Origin: Paecilomyces variotii
Lineage: Eukaryota
Length of the DNA: 20,000 bases
NCBI GenBank assembly: GCA_004022145.1
Contig: RCNU01000027.1
Strand: one strand, 5' to 3'
The position numbers and the translations under genes were made by a program. A model generated the notes under the pieces. That model saw only the letters and a list, made by a program, of their open reading frames with translations. It made no database searches and had not been told where the DNA came from. This document shows, piece by piece, positions 1 through 9,471 of the stretch. The stretch's first letter is position 1, and every line of letters begins with the position of its first letter.

Positions 1-961
1 TAGTATAAATATAAAGCTAAAAGAATTAGAAGATAATATATATATTTAAAAAATAGCTATTACTATAGTCTATAAAGATATTAAATTTATTATAGAAGTA
101 ATAAGTTTAATTTATATTAAATATACTCGGTTACTAATAAATTATAGTATCTCTTACTAATTATACTATATCTTCTAAGGGAACTCTCTCTATAATAAAA
201 TATATTATCCTTATAATTTTAAAGTTATATTTAGCATTTTATAATAGTTTCTAGGCTTATTTAGTAATAAAGAGCTAATTAGTAGAATAGTATAGGGCAA
301 TATAATTATATTATTATATATTTAAGTATTATAATAAAATAACTAATCTCTAAATAGAAAATAGTAAAAGAGAGTTAAGCATTTAAAAACTTATAAGATA
401 TATTTTTTTACCTTTAAAAATAGATTAGTAGAAATAATTCCTATACTTATATCTCTATCTCAATTACTTAAATTATTAATAGAAGTACTTGGATAATTAT
501 TTAGCCTATTAATATAGGATAAGCTCTAAAGCTACATAAAAAGCTTATAATCTAAATTTTATATAAAGCTTTATATAAGTATTTTTATTTAATAAGTAAT
601 AGACTATAATTTAAATACTTTACTAATCTCTATAAACTAAGTTTTATACTAATATATATATCGGCTAGTAATAGATATAACCTAAAATACTAGTTTCTAA
701 GAGAATAGGGTAATATTTATAATTTAATAGCTATTAGGCTATGTATTAGGCTATAGTTTACCCCTATATATAGGATAGAGAGAGTCTGAATATAAAAAAC
801 TATAAGGCAATATTACTGTATATAAGTTAAATAAAATAATTATAAAATATTATATAGGCGCTATTTATAGGAGATAATAAGTTAATAAAGATACTCTTTT
901 TTAGCCGTATTAATTATTATAATTTAGAGGTAGTAATAGTATTTCTAGTTTCTTAACCTTA

Positions 962-1258
962 ATTAGCTCTTTTATTAGGACCGCGCTGCGCGCGGTCTTG
1001 CTATCTTAACGCTACTGACTATTTTAATATAAATTTCTATAAATATTATTATTTTTTAGTTTTTAATTAATTAGATATTATAGAACTAGTATTTTAAATC
1101 TAGTTTCTAATATTTCTTTAAGAATTTAGCATTATAGTTAATTAGGAATAATCTAGAAAGATTTAAAACGACGTATTTTTATATAGTATTTATTAAAATA
1201 GTTAGTAGCGTTAAGATAGTAGAACTGCGCGTAGCGCGGTCTTAATAAAAGGGCCGAT
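962..1258. mobile_element. MITE (non-autonomous, ~297 bp) with ~65-70 bp TIRs related to the Fot1/pogo element at 3484-5363
   Basis: Left end attagctcttttattaggaccgcgctgcgcgcggtcttgctatcttaacgctactgactattttaata matches the reverse complement of the right end (...gttagtagcgttaagatagtagaactgcgcgtagcgcggtcttaataaaagggccgat) apart from transitions. TA flanks at 960-961 and 1259-1260. No coding capacity. Confidence 0.88.
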
Positions 1259-3483
1259 TAATTATATTATAAGTACCTTATATTTATTATTTTATTTAAT
1301 ACTAAATTTTAAGAGGCTATAGTAAAAAGTAATAAGTATAATATAAATTAAAATAGTTAAAATTAAAATCCTAGGTAATAATAAGATAGCCTTATATATT
1401 ATTATATATTTTAATACTAAGTGCTGGCACTATAATATAAAGTTAGAGAAAAACTATATAAGATAATTAATCTATAAAGACTTAGCTATATTATATTTAG
1501 ATATATAAATTAATTTAACTTAAAGATATATAATTTAAAATATATCTTATTATAGATAATATAATATTTACTAGCTTTTATAATATAAACTAAAATACTT
1601 CTACTAACTACTTTAGCTCTATATACTAAGTTATTAATAAAAGCTTTACTAATCTTATTAAATAATAAAATAATTAATCTTAAATCCTTATAGCTTTAAA
1701 AAAAATAAATAAGCCTTATAAGATTTATCTAGTTCTTATACTTATATAGCATAATATTATAGTTTATATTATAGAGTACTAATAGCTTTATAGATAAGAA
1801 ATAAAGATATATAAACTAATCTAGCTTTAAATCCTAATAGCTTAAGATTAATAGATTAGTTAATAATATATTTAAAGTTACTATCTAGATTTTTAAAAAG
1901 ATTTAAGTCTAATATATTTAAAGAAACTAGATCTTATATAGTAGTAAGAAATAGCTGCTAAGGCATTACCTCTATTAATATTAGAGAGAACATTTCATAT
2001 AAAATATCTATAAAATCTCTTATCTATAGTTATTAAATAGGTAAATCTAAGAAATAAGATATAATATTTCTGCCTTAGAGTTAATCTACTGCTATTACTA
2101 TAAAAAAAGAAGAGGTATATATTTATAAGCTATAAATCTAATAGGTAAGTATATAATACAGGCAGTTAAAATTAAAATTAAAGGTAATTAGTAGAAACTT
2201 ATATTTAGTTATATACTTACCTTAATATTAGTTAAAGAATATAGCAGAGACTTAATCTTAAAATTAGGCTAGCTATTATAGTAAGAGATAAGTATAAAAA
2301 TATTAATAAGATATTATAACTAGCGAAGTTTATTAATTTATTATTACCTTAAATATTAATATCTTCTTAAGATTTAAATAGATAATAATTCCCTTTATTT
2401 AATATTACTCCTATAATAAGTTATATATTTTTAATTATAAAGAAACTATAACCTATTTATTTAAAGATAGCTATATCTGTTATAGCGCTAAGAAAGGGTC
2501 TTTATACTAATAAGCTAATACTATTACGTCCTAAAGTTTTTATAATTTTCGCATTTTACCTGTATTACGCGATTTTATCCTCCTTTTACTAACTACTACC
2601 TACTATGCTATAAAGTCTATTAGGTTAAATTAATCTTAATAGTAAGCATAGTATCAAATTAAGTCCCTATACCTGTAGTATTATTATAGATAGGATATAT
2701 AAAGAGGTTATACTAATAAAACTTAGCAGGGATTATAAAATTATGCGATTAACTATTATCTTAACTATTAAATAAGATCCTAAATATAAGGACGGCGAAT
2801 CTTTTCTACAATTTAGATATTTAAAGGTGCTTTTACTAAGGGATAAGTATTATATTCTACTTTAAATTAAGCGCGATCTCTTTATTAAATACTAGGTAAT
2901 ATATAATATAACTAGATTAGATTTTTTAATACTATCTTCTTTTAAGCAATTAAAGAGTTAGGTTATAAAATATTAGTAAGCTAAAAAGCGATTATTACTT
3001 ACTAAAGAATATACTAAACTATATCTTAAATAAGCTAAAAATATAAGAAATAGAAAGTAAATAAGTAGTCGCGAATTATTTAAAGTAATAAATATTCTAT
3101 TAAACTTAGTAAGAGAAAGTAAATTTATTAAAAATTCTACCTTAATTAATTAAGCGAGAAATAAAAAAACAGTATATTCTATTATTTAAAAAGGGCAAGA
3201 GTATCTCTATAATAATTTAAGTAATTATTTAAGGTAGTAAGTATTTAAAAATTATATTTATAGTCTAAGATAAGGAATCTAAATATTAAAGATACTCTAT
3301 AGAGTCCTATCTCTAGGTTTTAGAGAATAACCTCTATTTAATATAGGAACTAGGCTTAGAATTTATATAAGATAATGCTCTAAATTCAGCTTAAAAGGTT
3401 AAGGTATAATTTAAGGAGAATAATATTCCTATTATAGTATAGCCACTATATTTACTAGATTTAAACCCTATTAAATATACTTA

Positions 3484-5363
3484 ATCGGCCCTAAAATTAG
3501 GACCGCGCGTAGTGCAGTCCCGCTATCTTAACGCAAATACCTAGCTTAATATAAATCTATATAAAATCTATTACTTTTTAAAGCTTTTAAACCTATTAAA
3601 TCTAACTAATCGCCTAATTAAATATAATACTATATAGAATAGGATCCCCTTTAGTTAGTCTATATCTTTAAAGCTATTTTCTGCGGCTTAATTATCTGCC
3701 TAAACTTAATTATTACTTGCTTTTATTTAGACTTTAATTTTTATAATATCTTCTTATTACTATTCTTAAAGGTTTATAATTAAATATAATCTATATTATA
3801 TTTTATTATAATATCTCCGCGTTATAGAACCCTTTTAGATGCTTTAGAATAGACTTAATAGGCTAGTTATACCCTAGCTAAGGCCTTAAGCTCCTTTTAT
3901 ATTTAGTCTATAATATAAGACTAAATAATATTATTTTTTAACAGTTTTTAAAACCTATTAGTAAAATAATTTAAATTAAATTTAAGCTAAAATAGATATT
4001 ATTTAAATTATTTAAATTATTTTGCAGTCTTTAGTATAATATTTAGAATAAATAACCTATTAATAGGTTAAGGGATAGCAGGTTTATTATCTATTTCTTA
4101 AAGCTTATTTAATATAATATTTAGGTTATATAGATAAAGGCTAATCTTTATAAATACGCTTTTAATAGTAGAGGATTTAAAAATCTTTAATTATATAAAT
4201 CTAAATATTTAAAGGAACTTATACTTGCTAAACTTAAAATTGCTTATTTTTATATTAAGATTAACAGCTTTATTATAGTAGTACTTAAATACTTAAAAAA
4301 TATTAATATCTAATAGTTAGATTAAATAACTAATATAAGGTATTAATATAAAGAAAAGGATCTTTTTCTTTTTATAGTAATTAAGCACTTTATATATTAA
4401 ATAAGAGCCATATCTATTATATAAAAGGAGGTAATAAGTCCTTTATTAATAATAAGCGAACTAGCAATTAAAATATTATATCTATTAATAGGCTAAATAA
4501 TTATTTATATATCTAGAGTTAGATACTCTAATCGCGGTATTAATATCTAGGAGCTTAAACTATTCTATCTAGATATACTTACCAACTAAAATAATAAAGG
4601 GGGAAAGTACTAATCTATTAGCACTTATTATTTTAATTAGTATAATTATCTATATATAACTTTTTTTACCGTTTAAGGGTAATAATTTAATAATCTTTCC
4701 CTTCTCCTACTTAAAAGCCTATTTTATTTATATTATAGAGATCTGTAAGTTATATAACTAGACTAACTAATATTTATTTATAGTAATAATATTAGTCCTA
4801 TATATTATTTAGGTAATAAGCCTTTTTTCTATCTATATTAAGAGCTTATTGCCTTTATATATATATCTTAAGATATTATTTAAGGAACTATTTAAGCTAG
4901 TATTTACTGATTTTTAGCGGAGGTATTAAGAGGTCTTAATAAGCTTAAGCTAAGATTAAATTTATATAATTAGCTATTATTCTTTATATTAGGAATAATC
5001 TAATTATATCTAGGTGTTTAATATACTTATAAATAGCAAGCTCCTAAACTAGAGAGAATAATTAATTAGTTAAAAGTTTATTAGACTGTGAAATATAACT
5101 ATAATAGCAAGATAGAAGATATAGATAAGGTATATTAAACTAATATATAGCTTGCGCAATATTGGGTTTTAATTGGTTAGATAATATGGCAAGAGTATAT
5201 TAGATCCTATTTTTAATATTACTATAGGATTTAGATATTGTAGTAGATTAAGAATAATATAGAAAGTTGAAATTTAATAAATCTAGATAATTTTATATTA
5301 AGCTGGGTGTTTATATTAAGATAGCGGGACCGCGCTACGCGCGGTCCTAATTTTAGGGCCGAT
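3484..5363 (-). mobile_element. Full-length Fot1/pogo-family DNA transposon A (1880 bp, ~70-bp TIRs, TA TSD)
   Basis: atcggccctaaaattaggaccgcgcgtagtgcagtcccgctatcttaacgcaaatacctagcttaatataaa at 3484 is the reverse complement of ~5292-5363 apart from transitions. TA at 3482-3483 and 5364-5365. Removing the element restores the host Tc1 reading frame. Confidence 0.95.
3600..5238 (-). pseudogene. Fot1/pogo (DD35D) transposase pseudogene; 3' end approximate
   Basis: Minus strand from 5238, de-RIPed: MSKSYSDIENRIQ...KPNIAQAARQFDVPY. Then DLYNMDETGFQVGEGK (~4743-4696), ISADGSVLPPFII, LLL.DG.GSHL (D at 4418) and HLIQPLD (D at 4310; 35 residues between the two Ds). One frameshift near 4635. Confidence 0.92.
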
Positions 5364-6571
5364 TAGGCAAAGTTTAAAGAATATATCTATTAGCTTAATC
5401 TGCATATTAAATATATAACTAAGATTAAAGAAGAAATTAGAAATATATTTAAAGAGCTTATTTAAGAGGCGTAAGAGAATCTAAGTTAGGATTATTTTAA
5501 TAAGTTAGTTAAATTAATAGAATATAGAGTTTAGGCAGTTTTAAAGGCGCAAGGCTGGTATATAAAGTATTAGAGGTTATTTAAACTAGCTAGCTAAAGA
5601 AACACTATTTGAAAATATTATATTAAAATCCTAGGATCCTAGGATTAAAGGGGTTTAAGTAGGATTTAATTTAAAACTATATATTTTTTATTTAGTAGCG
5701 GGCAAGATGTGGATTATTGAATACTTTTAGCATAGTACTATAGCTTAAAAAGAGAATAACTTAGAGCAAGAGATTTGCCAGTAAAACTTTTAACCGCTTA
5801 TAATATTAAGGAGTAGTTAAGAGATAAAGGATCTTATAAAAGAATTGAGATTCCTTTTTTAAATTCTTTTCTTTTCCTTTCTCTAGCTTAAAGTTCTCTT
5901 TATATTATCTTACTAGATTAAACCTTTAATAAATCTAATTTAGTCTACTTAAGCGTAATATTATTTTAAGCTTATTTTACCTATCTTATTTTATTTTTTT
6001 TAAGTTTTTTATCTGAGTATATTATACTATCTGTAAAACTTACTTATTATAATTAATAAAATACTTAACCTTAAATTAGGCTTTTATTATAATAAAAAAA
6101 AACCTATTAATAAATCTAATTACCTTTTTAAGGTAATTTTAGAGATTATAACGAGAAGCTTAATTAAGAATTAAAAAAAAGGAATTAATAATTATTATAT
6201 CTTATTTTATTAATAATAATAAGCTAACTAAGCTCTCTTAAGATAAGTTCTAGAAGACTCTTAAAGAAATCTTATTAAAATTTAAAATATATAATATTAT
6301 ACTGCTATTACCCTTTTAAAGAGAATCTATAATTTAAAATATATTAAATACCTGAATAAATATAAAATTAAATATAATTATAATTTTGCCTAATAGCTCT
6401 ATTAAGAGAAATACTATATAATAAAGGTAGAATAATAAGTTAACTATAGAACTTATTTATAAATAAAAAAACTATAAGGAGACTCTTATTAATATAGCCT
6501 TTTAGAGTATTTTAAAACCTAGGGGTAAATTAATCTTAATATTTTATTAAATTATTTAATCTACTCTTACT

Positions 6572-6708
6572 TATTATAGACGAAAGGTATAGATACAGTA
6601 TAGTAGGCTATACTGCCTTTATTCTACCGGGTAATTGGGCATATGTTATATCTTAGCTAGCTATAGAACTTAGAGAATTTAACTTTCTTACTCCTATAAT
6701 ATCTTATA
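6572..6708 (+). repeat. 5' LTR (137 bp) of the inner gypsy element
   Basis: Ungapped match to 16836-16972 at constant offset 10264, with transition-type differences. Confidence 0.93.
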
Positions 6709-6921
6709 AGTAGTAGTATATTTTAAGTCTAGTTAGCCTTACTATCTTGCCTAAGCACAGGTAACTAGTGTTATATATTTTATTATTTTATCTATTGTTT
6801 TATCTGTTATTTTATTAGCTTAAGTTTTAAGCAAGTCTATTATAATACTATAATAAGTCCTATTATTATATTATATTTAAGTTAAATTTTTTATTACTAG
6901 TAATCTAATAATTACCCTATA

Positions 6922-8793
6922 ATATATTTCCCGGCTAACCTAGCTACCTAACCAAGCTAGCTACCCTATTAACTTTCTCCGCTATATTAAAATTAATATT
7001 ATTCAAACACCTACTATACTACTAAAATAGCTTAAATTATTAAAAAATTATATCGAGTAAAAGGGCAGACTCCTATTAGCAGTTCAAGCTTTAAAAAAAA
7101 ATCAGATTTTATTTATGCAAAAAGTAGCATTAATTTTTAATATCCCCCGCTTAACTTTATAGTCAAGACTTTAAGGATATTAATTTTGCCATAATATACC
7201 TAATAATATATTAAGATTAATAAAGCTACAGGAGCAATTGCTTATATAATAGATATTATTTATAGATTAATATAGAGCAAATCTGCGGCCTACTTATATT
7301 TAAGAAATAGCAAGTCTTTTTATAGACTAAGATAGCGAGATTTAACTAGGCAAGAATTGGGTATTTTTATTTATTAGATATTATCCTAAGCTAAGAACTG
7401 TTTATTTTAGACAGTATACTTATTAGAGAGCTAAATGCAAAAACCTGAAGATTATTAAACCCTAGTTTAATATTATCCAGATTAATAGACTGCAATTTAA
7501 AATCGCGGATAAAGATATCTATAATTTTAATAAAACTAGATATATTATAGGCCTTACTGCTACTGCGAAAATTATAACACAAGCTAAATATTATAGGAAG
7601 TATTAGGTTATTTAACTAGGGAATTGTAAATAAGTTACTTTAATTAAATATGTCAATGCTATAGGATAGGCTCTATCTCTATATATCATTTTTAAAGGGA
7701 AGACCTATATATAAGCTTAGTACAAGAATCCTAATCTACTAAAGGATTAGAGGATTAAAATAAGCAATAATAGCTAAACTATAGATAAGATTAGAATATA
7801 TTGGCTTTAAAATATTTTTATACCTCAGACAGCTTATTAGTTAATTAAAAGCTATTACCTTCTTATTCTAAATAGGCACGGCAGTTATTTAACCCCTAAA
7901 TTTAATAAGATATATAGTAAGAATAATATTATTCCTCTCTATATGCTACTATACTTATTAATTTATTATTAACTTTTAGATATTAGCTGCTTTAAACCTT
8001 TAAAAGGAATATATAATTACTTAGTCTAGGAGAAGCAAAGACGGGGGTTTAATTATATTAATAAGCTTAACTTCCTAAGCATTTACCCTGAAGCTTATAT
8101 ATAGGCATTCTCTTCAGATACTATTAAAAGCGGATTTAGAGCTATTAATATAGTCCTTTTTAATCTAGAAGAAGTGCTTAGACAATTTATTATTTAATTA
8201 GAGACTCCTACTCTATTAAGAACTTAATTAATTACTTCTAATATCTCCCTATTTAAGATATTATAAAATCAGAAAGATTTAGAGAAATATAGGACTATGA
8301 TTTAAAGCTTACTTAGGAGATAAACCTAGAGTCCTACAGCTACTAATCTAGGTATCTTAGATTATTTTATTTAATAATATAAATACCTAGTAAGCGAAAA
8401 AACTCTTATAATATAAGAGATCTAAGATTTATACTTAACTAATAAAGAACTATAGTAAAAAAAATAATAATCTATTTATTAAATAGGTCCTATATAAGAT
8501 TTAAGTATTAAAAAAGATTAAGCTTTTATATAGAGGAATTAGGAAGCAATTAAAGCTTTTATTAATATAATTAAGGGTTTAGATACTACGCCTATACAGC
8601 AGCGCCAGCGAGCGCCACTATAGTATATAAATTGCAGAGTTAGGGGTTATACAAGGGTTAGATGCCCTAATTAATATAGCGATTAAATATCGTGAAATAA
8701 TGCTGTTATTATAGTATAAATTCAAATAGTATTTTATATAGGTAGTTAAAGTAGCTAGCTTAGTTAGGTAGCCAGGTCGGCCGGGAAATATAT
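6922..8793 (+). mobile_element. Full-length Fot1/pogo-family DNA transposon B (1872 bp, ~43-bp TIRs, TA TSD)
   Basis: atatatttcccggctaacctagctacctaaccaagctagctac (RIPed ACGT... start) is the reverse complement of ~8751-8793 gtagctagcttagttaggtagccaggtcggccgggaaatatat. TA at 6920-6921 and 8794-8795. Confidence 0.95.
7016..8686 (+). pseudogene. Fot1/pogo transposase pseudogene (HTH_psq, CENP-B HTH, DDE_1 DD35D, C-terminal CCHC knuckle), ~556 aa
   Basis: De-RIPed MPPKQ...IEQEGRLLLAVQAL; DIYNFDETG (7514); LILDGHGSHL (7862); QPLDISCFKPLK (7970); QRAPPQCTNCRVRGHTRVRCPN (~8607-8671). All checked motifs share one frame. Confidence 0.95.
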
Positions 8794-9471
8794 TATTGCC
8801 TACTCTGTTATTATAATAGTATTTTAATTTATAGCTTTTTATTATAATAATAGGCCCTTAGTTTTTAAAGATTAATTCCTATAAAATATTTTATTTCTTA
8901 TTAATTTTATTATTATATTTTACCTAATTCTTAAGTTATTTATAATATTAGCCCTTATTATAGTAGATACAGTATTTTTAAAAAAAAGAATACTATAAAT
9001 AAACTCCTTTTTATACCCCGTTAAATAAGCAATTAATTAGATTATTTTTAATTAGGTAATAAGTACTTTCTGCAGAGCAATAAAAAACTTATTAACCCTA
9101 CTTTTCTCAATTAGCAGAAGGGATATATTAATATTCTTAAATATAAAGAAATAGTTAAGCCTATAAATCTATTAGGATATATATATTTTAAAGTATTATT
9201 ATTATATATAAGCAGTTAAGCACTATCTTCTTCTATTAAAAACTCTTTTCCCCCCCTTAAAAGTCCTCTATCCCCTATTAAGAACTTCTCTTCCCCCTAA
9301 TAAAGTTAACCTTTTATAAGAGAGAGATATTTATTAGAAGTCTTATTAAAACTATTAGAATTCTAACTAAAACTAATATAATTAAGTATAAACTTTTACC
9401 CCTCTATTTTTAGCACTAGTTAACTGCTACTAGGAAACTTAATCTTATTATTAATTAAATTAAATAATAAT

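Larger units (their letters stand above)
2605..5573 (+). pseudogene. Tc1-family (DD34E-type) transposase pseudogene, split 2605-3483 / 5366-5573
   Basis: ATG at 2605. De-RIPed motifs: ELSPYTRGIIIG, PRSGRPKVLS (HTH linker), IIWSDECSVE (~3075), FMQDNAP (~3365), WPPYSPDLNPIE (3440-3475). After the insertion: WAKFKE...QEAWENL...SMEHRVQAVLKAQGWYTKY* (stop 5571-5573). Small indels shift the frame. Confidence 0.92.
2516..5740 (+). mobile_element. Tc1-like DNA transposon (RIPed), interrupted by Fot1/pogo element A
   Basis: Contains a Tc1 transposase relic. Right end gaatacttttagcatagtacta|ta fits a RIPed ...CACTG|TA terminus. Left end is ambiguous: only taatactat near 2516 matches. Confidence 0.7.
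2478..5960 (+). repeat. Probable 5' LTR of the outer gypsy element, split by the Tc1-like insertion (pieces ~2478-2515 and ~5743-5960)
   Basis: Starts tgttata (2478) and ends cgtaata (5960), consistent with RIPed TGTTAC...GTAACA. TATA-like tataaaa at 5835 followed by a pyrimidine tract. Lies upstream of gag. The partner LTR is not in the window, so this is unverified. Confidence 0.5.

Noticed and set aside
1814..1831. Minus-strand FKARLV suggesting a copia reverse transcriptase
   Set aside because: The flanking copia motifs (W.F..K before, A.GF.Q after) are not recoverable, so one short match is insufficient.
3481..3484. TTAA (piggyBac) or TWA (PIF/Harbinger) target duplication
   Set aside because: The right flank is ta-ggc, the host frame is restored with a 2-bp TA duplication, and the transposase is pogo DD35D.
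7391..7582. 63-aa minus-strand ORF from the supplied track
   Set aside because: It is antisense to the Fot1-B transposase around its DIYNFDETG motif, begins at GTG and has no recognisable features. It is a chance open frame.
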